Source: an uncultured archaeon (GTDB lineage Archaea; Iainarchaeota; Iainarchaeia; Iainarchaeales; JAAZKV01). From it: a stretch of 32,000 bases of DNA. Location: the NCBI GenBank assembly GCA_964551375.1, contig CAZKBG010000001.1:390001-422000 (forward strand), read 5' to 3'. The position numbers were made by a program, and so were the translations under genes. Positions within the stretch are counted from its first letter, which is position 1; each line of letters opens with the position of its first letter. Under the pieces are notes generated by a model, which was given only the letters and a program-made list of their open reading frames with translations, was not told the DNA's origin and did no database searches. Below, one piece after another: positions 1 through 9,600 of the stretch.

Positions 1-994
1 CTTGTGCGCTTGAGTGCGAGTTAGTCAAGTATCCTGCGTTACTGCCTAAAATTCCGCCTGTGTATCTTTGGCTTGAAATTACTCCCATAGTTGAAACATT
101 TGTTACTGTTCCATTATTTGAGCCAACAAGAATCCCTGAATAATCAGTAGCTGAAATGTTTGCATCAGTTAGAGAAACATTTGAAATTGATGCATTAGAT
201 AGGGTTCTTCCAAAGAGCCCCACATAATTAGTTGCAGGAAGAATTATTTTAATTCCGGAAACAGAATATCCTTTTCCGTCAAAGCTTCCTGAAAATGAAT
301 TGGCATAAGTTCCAATAGGAGTAAACCCAGCTCCGCCGTTCCAAGATGATGATTCATAACAATTAATATTTCCCCCAATAGCATAATTTCCGTCCAAATG
401 CTCATTTACTTTCTGCAGCTCAAGACAGGAATTAATAATCCAAGGATTTGCTAAAGTGCCTGTTCCAAGCCCTACAACTCCATTTGGATTAGCAGGAGCG
501 GTATCAGTCACGCAAGTAGCAGTAATCTGACCGCTAATTGTTTTTGACAACTCATCAGGAGTGGAATACTCCATTGAAACAGCGCAAACTTTTTTAGTCT
601 CTCCCGGAGCACAAGGGCAAGATAAGTTCAAATCGCTTAAATAAAATAACTTCTTGTCAAGCGGAGCAACTATATTATTGAATACAGATTCCCTTCCCCC
701 AACAGTTATTTTCTTCAATAGAAGAGAATCGTTTGAGTTGTTAGTCACATTAACAAGCCCATCCCCCTGAGGGTCCTGAACAAATTCATAAATTGAGACT
801 CCTTCTGAAGAAAGCGACTGCTTGATTTGGTCAACACTTGGATTAATTACAGAAAAAGAATTTTGAAACATTCCAGTTAAAAGCCCAACAACAACAAGCG
901 CTATTACTATTACAACAGCAATAATTACTAAGTATTCAATAGTGCCCTGCGCACTTGATTTTGTTCTCCGCTGTTTAAATGAAACCATTAACAT
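1..994 (-). CDS. Class III signal peptide (archaeal pilin-like) exported protein with GLUG-like repeats, 3' end truncated by the window edge
   Basis: Minus-strand frame open from ATG at 992-994 (alternative ATG 986-988) to position 1, not in the ORF track. N-terminus MVSFKQRRTKSSAQGTIEYLVIIAVVIVIALVVVGLLTG has the QGTIEYL class III processing motif plus hydrophobic helix. C-terminal part reads WNGGAGFTPIGTYANSFSGSFDGKGYSVSGIKIILPATNYVGLFGRTLSNASISNVSL, typical of GLUG-type repeats. Confidence 0.85.
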   Translation of the reverse strand, partial: MLMVSFKQRRTKSSAQGTIEYLVIIAVVIVIALVVVGLLTGMFQNSFSVINPSVDQIKQSLSSEGVSIYEFVQDPQGDGLVNVTNNSNDSLLLKKITVGGRESVFNNIVAPLDKKLFYLSDLNLSCPCAPGETKKVCAVSMEYSTPDELSKTISGQITATCVTDTAPANPNGVVGLGTGTLANPWIINSCLELQKVNEHLDGNYAIGGNINCYESSSWNGGAGFTPIGTYANSFSGSFDGKGYSVSGIKIILPATNYVGLFGRTLSNASISNVSLTDANISATDYSGILVGSNNGTVTNVSTMGVISSQRYTGGILGSNAGYLTNSHSSAQ

Positions 995-1052
995 AAGAGG
1001 AATTTGAAATTAAAAAGAGTTTCGGCAGGATAAAAAGCGCTGCAGGAAAAAT

Positions 1053-2717
1053 TTAACTTGCAGGCTGGCGCGAATCAAGCGAAATATTTTCTATTGAAGC
1101 GGCTTTATTGTTGCACCTGAATACATAATAAGCGCCTGTGTATGAAGGTGTTTTAGTGCAAGTATCCCCATTGCATGTTAATGCAGAGCAGTTATTGTCC
1201 AAATCAACAGTGCAGTTCACTCCGCCCGAGTAACTTGCGCAGCAGTTAGAGCCAGTGCAGCATTTCTTGGTAACAAAAGGAAAAACGGTTCTATTTGTGT
1301 CAGAACAATCAAGATACCCGCTCACAAGGTTTGTCAGAGTAAGCCCAGTGCGGGTCTTTCCGTGAATTGAACCAGCAATAGGGTCAACTATTATCTGTCC
1401 GTTTGTAGGAACAGCGCTTGAACTCCCAAGAGTCACATTATAATCATAAATTCCAATAGTCCAGTCCCTAAATTCTCTTCCATTATACCAGTATCCCGCG
1501 TTGTATATGCTTGTGCAAATGTCTCCAACCGAAGTTCCGTCTTTATTCTTCAGCCCTTCAAGGTCCAAAGCAACGTAAGAATAAGTGCTTCCATCTGTAG
1601 TCGACCTACAAGTCTTGCACATTATAATCTCGGACTGCGAGCAGCTCTTATCCCAGTCAAAATAAAAATTATGCGCGCATCTCCCAAGCTTGTATGTATT
1701 GATTTTGTAAGTGGAATTTAAAACTCCTGGGAAATTAGCCTCGTCTCCGTTAACTCCAGTAACTTTTGCAAATCTTCCTTCAAAAAGGGACTCCATTGCT
1801 TCTCCGAAGCCTCCAAAGAAATAATTTGTATCAGCAGCAAAAAATTCAAGCCCCTGAACGCTTGCAGAGTCAGCTCCCCTTGCAGAGTAATCCATAGTAG
1901 GATGAGTTCCGTTTGGATCAGCTAAATCTTTGTACGTATATCCAAGGCATCCAATTGCAATCTGCCTGTATAAAGGATTATTATATTGAGGAATTGAAGC
2001 AATAGGTCTTGTTGAAGTCAATCCGCTTGTTGAAACAACATAAATATTCAAATCCCCGCTGGCAAGAGCAGCGTCAAGCTGAGCTTGAGTCGAGATTGCT
2101 GTTCCGCTTGAATTTACAAGCGAGTGCCCTATAGTTCCTGAAGCAGGAATTAATTGCCCAGTAATAGTAGTGCCGTAAGCAGGATCGTGAAGAAGTCTTA
2201 AAGCTGAATTAGTAATGCACTGAACTGTAATGGTTCTGTTAAATGTTTCAGTAATTCCGCTTGGGCGAGTAACCTGAATTGAGAAAGTGCAGGTTTTTGA
2301 AGTTTGCCCCGCAGAACAAACACACAAGTCATTGAAATTAAGATTGTCAAAATTAAGATTAGTTGTGTCCCCAGGAACAACATTAACAGGAGGAGTTGTG
2401 CCCCCAGTGTCAGTATTAACGCCAGTAACAGTCAAAATATCCCCTGATGAATTATTAACCGAAACAATGGCATTGCCGCTTGAATCAACAACAGCATCAC
2501 TAATCACAAGCCCGCCGCTGCCAAGCATATTATTTAATTGCCCAGAATTTGCAGTCACAGAACCCCCAGAATCACTCAAAATATTAGTCATCAAACCGAC
2601 AACAACAAGAGAAATAACAATAACAACCGCAACAACAACAAGGTATTCAATAGTACCCTGCGCCCTATTTGAAAACATGTAAAGAGTAATGCGATGGGAG
2701 TTTATAAATATTTCCAA
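1053..2717 (-). CDS. Large exported protein with class III signal peptide (pilin-like N-terminus); likely true start at 2678
   Basis: ORF with internal start giving MFSNRAQGTIEYLVVVAVVIVISLVVVGLM. Same N-terminal architecture as the upstream neighbour. Cys-rich C-terminus. Confidence 0.85.
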   Translation of the reverse strand: MEIFINSHRITLYMFSNRAQGTIEYLVVVAVVIVISLVVVGLMTNILSDSGGSVTANSGQLNNMLGSGGLVISDAVVDSSGNAIVSVNNSSGDILTVTGVNTDTGGTTPPVNVVPGDTTNLNFDNLNFNDLCVCSAGQTSKTCTFSIQVTRPSGITETFNRTITVQCITNSALRLLHDPAYGTTITGQLIPASGTIGHSLVNSSGTAISTQAQLDAALASGDLNIYVVSTSGLTSTRPIASIPQYNNPLYRQIAIGCLGYTYKDLADPNGTHPTMDYSARGADSASVQGLEFFAADTNYFFGGFGEAMESLFEGRFAKVTGVNGDEANFPGVLNSTYKINTYKLGRCAHNFYFDWDKSCSQSEIIMCKTCRSTTDGSTYSYVALDLEGLKNKDGTSVGDICTSIYNAGYWYNGREFRDWTIGIYDYNVTLGSSSAVPTNGQIIVDPIAGSIHGKTRTGLTLTNLVSGYLDCSDTNRTVFPFVTKKCCTGSNCCASYSGGVNCTVDLDNNCSALTCNGDTCTKTPSYTGAYYVFRCNNKAASIENISLDSRQPAS

Positions 2718-2759
2718 AACAAAAATAAGTTAATTTGCTTTGTAAAAAAAATTAAAAAA

Positions 2760-3263
2760 TTATTTTTTAACCCACTTCATTTTTTTCCCTGTTTTAATTA
2801 ACACATCAAGCATTTCAAGCTCTTCATAAATCCCTTCGATTAAATCATAATTTTTTGATTCATCAAGAGTTACCCAAGCATATTCAGTAAGCGCACTGCA
2901 TAGCTTCACTTCCCCAAAAATATAATCACCGTACATGCTGATTATTACGCATGGAACCCCGTCAGAGCGGACAAACGCAAGGCTTGTGAGATAATTTAAA
3001 TTATCAAGCTCAAGGCTGGTCTCTTCTTTTACTTCGCGAAGAACAAGCCCTTCAATAACATTATACCAATTGACCCCCGCATCAGGAGCGCGGGAAGTGT
3101 AATCCTTTGCTTCAAGCTTTCCACCCGGAATAGTCCATCTGTTTGGAAAAGCTTTTTCCCAAGCCGCGCGCTTCGCAATCAAATACTTTCCGTCTTTAAC
3201 CACAATTCCAGTCGCGGTGACAAAATGCTTCTTTTCTTCAGCTAATTTTATTTCTCCAACCAT
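2760..3263 (-). CDS. Nudix hydrolase
   Basis: FPNRWTIPGGKLEAK...GLVLREVKEETSLEL: Nudix-box elements GGKLE and REVKEET, with an insertion between them. Confidence 0.8.
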   Translation of the reverse strand: MVGEIKLAEEKKHFVTATGIVVKDGKYLIAKRAAWEKAFPNRWTIPGGKLEAKDYTSRAPDAGVNWYNVIEGLVLREVKEETSLELDNLNYLTSLAFVRSDGVPCVIISMYGDYIFGEVKLCSALTEYAWVTLDESKNYDLIEGIYEELEMLDVLIKTGKKMKWVKK

Positions 3264-3398
3264 CTAAAAGCCCCCAAATGAACCAAACTAAAAATAACCC
3301 TTTTTGTGAAGTTTAAATACTGTTGCTCAATAAATATTGAGTAAGCAAAACATCGATAAATTTTAACAAAATTAGAAAAAACGGATAAGTGAACTTGG

Positions 3399-4064
3399 AT
3401 GGACGGCAAAAACGAAAGCAAGATATTCAAGCAGTTTATTTACAACGAAAAACTCTCATTCTCGCAAATACTCAAAAAAACAAAGATTGAGTCAAATCTA
3501 TTAGCTTACTTTTTGAAACAATTGATAAGAAAAGAGCTTTTGGAAAAGGACGCAGACAAAAAATACTCCCTCACTAAAAAAGGGGAAAAACTAATACCAT
3601 ATTACACTGATACTGAATCGCTAAACCCTCTTGTTGTTGTTTTGCTTTTGATTGAAGAGAAAGGAAAAATACTTTTAATAAAAAGAGAAAAGCGCCCGTA
3701 CGCAGGGCTTTACAGCCTGCCTTCAGGAAGAATGAAAATTGAGGACACAATCAAGATTGCTTCTGAAAGAATTGCAAAAGAAAAAGCCAAAATCGAATGC
3801 AAGATGGAAAAAATCAGCGGAGTAGTGCATGAAAGAATGATTGACACAGAAGTAAGGCATGCGTTTATTTTCTTTCTGGCAAAAATGAAAGTTGGAGAAA
3901 TAAAAGAAGCGCATTATAACACAAAATGGTTTGATTTAAAGAAACTCCCAAAAAACAAAATCATTGCGTCAGATTATTGGATGATAAAAAACAAACTCAA
4001 CTCAAGCATTGATGTGGCTGAAGAAACGATTGACAAGAAAGGAAAGAAAATGAAAATAAACTAA
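3399..4064 (+). CDS. Winged-helix domain fused to a Nudix-fold domain with a degenerate Nudix box; probable regulator
   Basis: N-terminal LSFSQILKKTKIESNLLAYFLKQLIRKELLEK...YSLTKKGEKLIPYY looks like wHTH. C-terminal KILLIKREKRPYAGLYSLPSGRMKIEDTIKIASERIAKEKAKI is Nudix-like but lacks the REUxEExGU catalytic motif. Confidence 0.7.
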   Translation: MDGKNESKIFKQFIYNEKLSFSQILKKTKIESNLLAYFLKQLIRKELLEKDADKKYSLTKKGEKLIPYYTDTESLNPLVVVLLLIEEKGKILLIKREKRPYAGLYSLPSGRMKIEDTIKIASERIAKEKAKIECKMEKISGVVHERMIDTEVRHAFIFFLAKMKVGEIKEAHYNTKWFDLKKLPKNKIIASDYWMIKNKLNSSIDVAEETIDKKGKKMKIN

Positions 4065-4203
4065 TTCAAAATTAGAAAGTTACTGCCCTTCCTGAAACTC
4101 GCATGGCTTGCGAGCGCTAGGCGAGCCCGCCCCAAAGCGGCGGAACGCTTTATGCATGCCAACGGCACAAATTTAGTGCAGGTTTTTTACACAGTAAAAA
4201 AAG

Positions 4204-4287
4204 TGCAAGGGGACGGGATCGAACCGTCGAACGCACTAAGCGGCAGGGTCCTAAACCCTGTGGGTTTGACCACTCCCCAACCCTTGC
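4204..4287 (-). tRNA. tRNA-Leu (anticodon UAG)
   Basis: GCAAGGG/CCCTTGC acceptor, CAGGG-TTTAGGA-CCCTG anticodon arm, long variable arm CCGCTTAGTGCGTTC, GACGG-TTCGATC-CCGTC T arm, discriminator A. No CCA encoded. Confidence 0.95.
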
Positions 4288-4474
4288 AAATAAATTAATC
4301 CACAAACTTTGCTTATGGATTTACCAGTCAACTAAACCAGGCACTAAACTAATTTGGGTCGGAGATACTTTAAAAAAGTTCCTTTAAACGAAAAAAAAGC
4401 CGCAAAACGGCATAAATCCAATTAAGAAAGGGTTAAATATTTCAAAAGCCCTATATAAGCGGGGTGCATAGGGG

Positions 4475-5119
4475 ATGAGTTTAGCAAGATTAGAGGGGGA
4501 TCTCCACAGAGCAAAAGAAGAGCTTGGCAAAGCAAAGCAGGCAAATGTCAGCTTTGAAAAAGTTCTGCAGGAAATGAGCATTTTAAAGAGCAGAAGCATT
4601 GCAAATCCAAGCACAAAAGAACAAATTCTAAGCGAAATGAAGAACAAAGAAATAATTGATTTGTTCTCAAGCATAGAAAATGATTTTGAAGATTTACGCC
4701 AAAAAATGGCAAGGCAGAGCATAGAAAAAGAAAAAATAGTTGATTTCTTTGAATCAATAAGAACAAAAAAAGGATTCAGCTTCGCTGATACAGAAAGCAC
4801 AATAGGATTCCTTGAAAAATCAGCGGAAATTCTTGATGCAAGCCACATAGCAGTAAGGCCAGAATTTATTGGAATGGTAGATCTTGGACCTCTGGCAATA
4901 GATATGGGCTTGATGAAAAATAATTCAGGAGTAATTGTTGAAAGAGAAAGATTTTCAGAGTTCATTGTGGCTCTAATTGCAACAAAAAACTTCCATGATT
5001 TAATCTTTGAAACAGACAAAGCAAAAATGAATCTAAGAGGCTCAAAGGAAATAGTTGTTGAATCGGAAAACAGCAACATCAGATTGATTGCAAGAATCGC
5101 AAAGCCAGAATTAGCTTAA
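4475..5119 (+). CDS. Hypothetical coiled-coil-rich soluble protein
   Basis: 214 aa ORF with charged helical composition (MSLARLEGDLHRAKEELGKAKQANVSFEKVLQEM...). Chosen over the overlapping minus-strand 4384-5079 ORF on composition. Confidence 0.65.
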   Translation: MSLARLEGDLHRAKEELGKAKQANVSFEKVLQEMSILKSRSIANPSTKEQILSEMKNKEIIDLFSSIENDFEDLRQKMARQSIEKEKIVDFFESIRTKKGFSFADTESTIGFLEKSAEILDASHIAVRPEFIGMVDLGPLAIDMGLMKNNSGVIVERERFSEFIVALIATKNFHDLIFETDKAKMNLRGSKEIVVESENSNIRLIARIAKPELA

Positions 5120-5225
5120 AACAAAATCCGGCTTTGCGCCCCCAAAGCCCAAATCTTATCTCCCGCCCTGTCTTCTTTTTAAAAGCCGAGTTCTTTTGAA
5201 GCAATTTTTCAGGCGTGGATTAAAT

Positions 5226-6533
5226 TTAAATCAAAAATGCAGTCGCTGTGACACTTGAATCCCATGAAAATCTTGGGCGTGTTTTAATCATCCAAACCCT
5301 TTCAGTGTTATCATCAATTACAAGAGCATAACCTTTCTGCCTTGGCATTTCAGCATATAACTTATCAAGATCCGAGTGCATGTAAGTAGGGCGAAGCGCT
5401 CCAACAGCCGCAATATCAGGCTGGGAAGTCATTCTGTGGGAAATAAATAAATCACACTGGGATATTGCGTCAGGATGAATTTTTTCAGGACGCTGGGTAG
5501 CAAGAATTAACCCTAATCCGGGCTGACGCCCCACTCTTACCCATTCAAGAAGAATTGGGAGAGCAATATTTTCCTCATCCTTTGGCATAAACATATGCGC
5601 TTCATCAATCAAAAGCCAAACAAGAGGCATTTTGCTTGAGCGCTTATTTTCCTTAATCAATCTAATTTCTTCTTCTTTTCTATAAAGCATTCTCTGCTCA
5701 AAAATCTTTTTGCCCACAAGAGCAACAACAACATCCTTTACTCCTTCAGCGCCTACAGTCTGGCGGTAAGAAGAAACATCAATCACAGTAATCATCCCGG
5801 GAGTTGCAAGGTCAGAGATTTTAGTCCCTTCTTTTTCAATCAAACCCCAAAGCTTAACCATCTGAAGCCGTGAAACAATTCCCTGCTTGATATCATGATT
5901 TGATTCTTCATCCGATTTTATTGCAAGAATAATATCATCAATTCCGTAATAAGTCCCTATTTTTTCCCTGACTTTTTGAACCGCTCTTGAAAGAAGAACC
6001 CCTTCAGGATCTCGCCATGAAAGCCTAAAAAGCGCCATCCATTCAGTCTCTTCAAGCTCGGAACACTTTAGCGTAAATGCTCCGTCAATTGGAAGCCCTT
6101 TTTCCTGATAAAATGCGAGCTGTCCTTTTGGAACAAGAACTTTAACATCGGTTTTTTGGGCGGATAAATCCCAATCTTTTAATTCAGTTGTATCCCCTGC
6201 AGGAAGTTTTAATCCCCAAAAAATTCCAACCGTGTCAATTGTAATTGCTGCAACTCTGTTTTTTATTGTAGGGTCAAGCCTTGCCATTTCTTCCATAAAA
6301 ACAGCAAGAGTGTAAGATTTACCTCCCCCTCTTTTTCCGCAAATAAGCATTAAGTGAGGGCGGGAAACATCAACGAGAACCTTTCTGCCAAGAACGGGCT
6401 TTTCACCGCTTGACATTACAACTTTGCCCAAGTACGCGCATCCTTCAGAGCCGTACTTTTCAAGATCCCTTAAGTCTCTTCCAAGAATTGCCGGCTCGTT
6501 ACTGAATTCATCCTGCATAAAGAAACAACTCAC
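5226..6533 (-). CDS. HerA-like (DUF87/FtsK-HerA superfamily) ATPase
   Basis: Walker A GKRGGGKS, Walker B PLVWLLIDEAHMFMP, LATQRPEKIHPDAISQCDLFISHRMTS typical of HerA-type ATPases. Confidence 0.85.
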   Translation of the reverse strand: MSCFFMQDEFSNEPAILGRDLRDLEKYGSEGCAYLGKVVMSSGEKPVLGRKVLVDVSRPHLMLICGKRGGGKSYTLAVFMEEMARLDPTIKNRVAAITIDTVGIFWGLKLPAGDTTELKDWDLSAQKTDVKVLVPKGQLAFYQEKGLPIDGAFTLKCSELEETEWMALFRLSWRDPEGVLLSRAVQKVREKIGTYYGIDDIILAIKSDEESNHDIKQGIVSRLQMVKLWGLIEKEGTKISDLATPGMITVIDVSSYRQTVGAEGVKDVVVALVGKKIFEQRMLYRKEEEIRLIKENKRSSKMPLVWLLIDEAHMFMPKDEENIALPILLEWVRVGRQPGLGLILATQRPEKIHPDAISQCDLFISHRMTSQPDIAAVGALRPTYMHSDLDKLYAEMPRQKGYALVIDDNTERVWMIKTRPRFSWDSSVTATAFLI

Positions 6534-6558
6534 TTGTAGTATTTAATGATTACGAGAA

Positions 6559-9500
6559 TTATAAATTAATTTTTTTTCCTTTTTTATTCCTGCCCAAAAG
6601 AATAAACAGGGCAACAAGCGCAACTATTATCAAAACAAAAGGATTTGAATCAGGAACAGTCACTGTCTCGGGCTTTGGAATCTCTAAACTTACCCCTGCT
6701 GGAGAAACATTAAAGCTTGCAACAGCCCTGCATGCAGAACTGTTAAAATCAATGAACAAATCATACGAACCGGCCGCGTTTGAATCAAAAGTCGAGGACA
6801 CATTTACTAAAGAACCTGCTGGACAGTTTATGTTATATGAAGGATTCACATAGCTTTGCGCCACTATTGCTGAATTTCTTTTCAAAGTAATTAAATTAAC
6901 TGCCGTCTGCCTTGTGCAGGAAATCGCAAAATTAACATCAGTTTTATTATTTGCTTTTGGGAGAATCCTTAAATTTGAAACCAAAAATCCAAGAGAAGAA
7001 CATCCGCTTGAATTGTTTTCATAAATCACAGGGTTATTTGAATCACACCCTTTTGTAATAACTTGAATCTGTTTTGTGCAGGACAAAGGGACATTATTGT
7101 ATAAACCCCCGTAGTAATATTCAATTGAATAAATTCCTTCAATATTTGAATCATACACCACTCTTGAAGTCTGAACGGTTTCATTGCAGTCAGTTATTCC
7201 AATAAAACCGCTCACAGGCATTACAAACTGATTGGCATTCTTGACCTGCGCATTAAAAATTCCTAAATTCCAATCTTCATCAATATGCGCATTATTTCTT
7301 GCGCAAGAGATTCCAGAGATAACTGATGTTTTTCCTTCAGGATTATTTACACAAACAGATTCAGGAGGAGAAACAACAACAGTAAAATCAGGGCAGTCAG
7401 GATTAAACGGAGTTTCAAGACTGCACTTTTTATTTGAAACAGGCGAATATTCAATTCCATCAAATACCCTGCCTTCAGAGCAAAAGTCTCTTTCCATTGT
7501 AAGAGTCTGGGAAAATACTCCGCTTGAATCAGCAGTATTGAAATCCCCTTTAATTAAATTAGTCCCGTAAGACGCAGGCGGCAGATTCACATCAGCCACA
7601 AAAATTCTCGCAAAGTAAGACAAACTCTGTCCGCCTTCAGCCACTATAAATACATCAGGATCAACTCCAGAAGAAACTCTTGTAAAAATAAGCCTGCTTA
7701 AATTATCCCTGTCAATACTTGCCATCACAGCTTTTTGAGGAATAGTATTAACCACTTCAATATATCCGTTCGGAGCCGAAGTGTCTCCGTCCCAGCTTCC
7801 TTTAGGAGTCCAAGTTGATAGCGATGCTGAAGACAACACATCATTAAAGAATGAATCATTAATTTCTGCAGAGCAGTAAAATCTCGTGCCTACAGGATAA
7901 GTGTGAGAAGTGGAAGGATAATTTGTTATTTGAAAAGGCACAGTCACTGTCGCTCCGCTTAACATTGTTCCGCTAGCCTGCCCCGCAACCACTGGGGCCA
8001 TACTTGGGCGCTTAGCAAAAAGTTTTATAGTATAATTAATCTGCGGAGTGTCAGCATCATGCGAAGCAAAAGAACAGGACAACTCTTCGCCAGGATCCCC
8101 GCCTGAATTGAAATGATTCCTCAAATATTTTGTTCCCTGAAGCTGCCCGCCCGCAGTGCTGTTCCAAATAGTAATGTTATCAACAACAGGAAGACAATTG
8201 CTTGTCGCTGAATTAACATCAATAATCCCGTCAAACACGCTTACCATTATGCAATTATCAAGCGCGCGGTTAAGATCCGATTTTACAAAAGAATTGGATG
8301 TTGAATAAGGAACCGCAAGCGTCGGAGGGGAACCAAAAATATAAACTCCGCCCGAATATTTTAACACCTGGCCTGTAACAAACACATCAGGGTCAATCAC
8401 AGGCCCAACATAAACTCGCATTGAGCCTGACAAAGCATTTTTGTCAGTAGAAGGCGACATTTGAGGAATTGAAGGAATTGTATTTTGAATATTTAAAAAC
8501 TGGGCATTTGGATCGCAGACAATTGAAGTAATTGAAACCTGAGTGGTCGTAGTTGTAATTAAACCTTCAGAATCAGTGGCAATTAAATTTAAATCAAAAG
8601 TTCTTGAATTAACATTAGTGCATGTTAATTGAGCAGTGTTTATTTTCACAACCCCTCCGTTTTGAGAAGTCACTACTGAATTAATTATTGAACAATCAGC
8701 CGGAGCAACTGCCCACATGCACCCGTTAGCTGATGCAATAGTAGTTTTATTTGCAGTGCACTCCCCCACAATATTTATTGTAAGAACTGTGGCTGTTGAA
8801 ACAATTGAAGTAGTATAAGGCGCAGCCCTTTGAGTTGCCTGCGGAGGAAGCTTAACTTTTTCCCAAACACACGAATTATTGCAGAACATTGTCTGGTCGC
8901 CGTTTAATGTACCATTAATGCACTGAAAACCCTCATCTCTGCTTCCGTCACAATCATCATCAGCGCCGTTGCAAATCTCCGCAACTCCGCTCACATTAAC
9001 ATACGCGCACCCATTGCATTTTTTTCCAGTTGTATTTGCCTTACACACCCCTATTGCAGAACATTCACTTGGAGCCCATTCGCAGCCAGTGCATCTTTGA
9101 GAAAAATTTCCGCTGCATTGATTTAATACTGAGCAAGTTGAAGCCTGCCAGCGGCAATTATTGCAAATCTGGGTATTTCCCGCCCCGCACTGCCCGTCAG
9201 TGCAGGAACAACAGCATGAAGGGCTTTTGTCAAGACAGAGATTTACTTTATTTGCGCCATTTTTGCACTTAGCGCAATAATCACCATCGCCAGTGCAAAC
9301 GCACATTTGTTCATTGTAATTTAAATCAGGCGAATCGCATGAGTCATACATATTATAAAAAGGAAAATCGCCGACATACATCTGCCCAAAATAAGGCTGC
9401 CCATTAGGCACTCTTGTTTTGTCATAATAATAAGAACAGTTATAATCTCCGCCAGTTATATTCATCGCGCCTTGAGTATAAGTCGCATTTGGCGCAACAC

Positions 9501-9600
9501 AAGACGCAGCTAATGCAGTCTGGAGAAATAAAAATAAAACTGCAAGGACTGCAAGAGAGAGAAAAAATTTATTTTTCATCCAATCACTGACTTTGCTCAA
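6559..9600 (-). CDS. Large Cys-rich surface protein with MopE-like metal-binding motif and C-terminal membrane anchor
   Basis: N-terminal hydrophobic signal (FFLSLAVLAVLFLFLQTALAA). EICNGADDDCDGSRDEGF resembles the MopE-type putative metal-binding motif. C-terminal TVPDSNPFVLIIVALVALFILLGRNKKGKK anchor. Confidence 0.8.
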   Translation of the reverse strand: MSKVSDWMKNKFFLSLAVLAVLFLFLQTALAASCVAPNATYTQGAMNITGGDYNCSYYYDKTRVPNGQPYFGQMYVGDFPFYNMYDSCDSPDLNYNEQMCVCTGDGDYCAKCKNGANKVNLCLDKSPSCCCSCTDGQCGAGNTQICNNCRWQASTCSVLNQCSGNFSQRCTGCEWAPSECSAIGVCKANTTGKKCNGCAYVNVSGVAEICNGADDDCDGSRDEGFQCINGTLNGDQTMFCNNSCVWEKVKLPPQATQRAAPYTTSIVSTATVLTINIVGECTANKTTIASANGCMWAVAPADCSIINSVVTSQNGGVVKINTAQLTCTNVNSRTFDLNLIATDSEGLITTTTTQVSITSIVCDPNAQFLNIQNTIPSIPQMSPSTDKNALSGSMRVYVGPVIDPDVFVTGQVLKYSGGVYIFGSPPTLAVPYSTSNSFVKSDLNRALDNCIMVSVFDGIIDVNSATSNCLPVVDNITIWNSTAGGQLQGTKYLRNHFNSGGDPGEELSCSFASHDADTPQINYTIKLFAKRPSMAPVVAGQASGTMLSGATVTVPFQITNYPSTSHTYPVGTRFYCSAEINDSFFNDVLSSASLSTWTPKGSWDGDTSAPNGYIEVVNTIPQKAVMASIDRDNLSRLIFTRVSSGVDPDVFIVAEGGQSLSYFARIFVADVNLPPASYGTNLIKGDFNTADSSGVFSQTLTMERDFCSEGRVFDGIEYSPVSNKKCSLETPFNPDCPDFTVVVSPPESVCVNNPEGKTSVISGISCARNNAHIDEDWNLGIFNAQVKNANQFVMPVSGFIGITDCNETVQTSRVVYDSNIEGIYSIEYYYGGLYNNVPLSCTKQIQVITKGCDSNNPVIYENNSSGCSSLGFLVSNLRILPKANNKTDVNFAISCTRQTAVNLITLKRNSAIVAQSYVNPSYNINCPAGSLVNVSSTFDSNAAGSYDLFIDFNSSACRAVASFNVSPAGVSLEIPKPETVTVPDSNPFVLIIVALVALFILLGRNKKGKKINL

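Noticed and set aside
4384-5079. 231 aa minus-strand ORF
   Set aside because: Overlaps the + strand 4475-5119 ORF. Its Ser/Phe/Ile-rich composition looks like an antisense shadow, while the + strand product has normal soluble helical composition.
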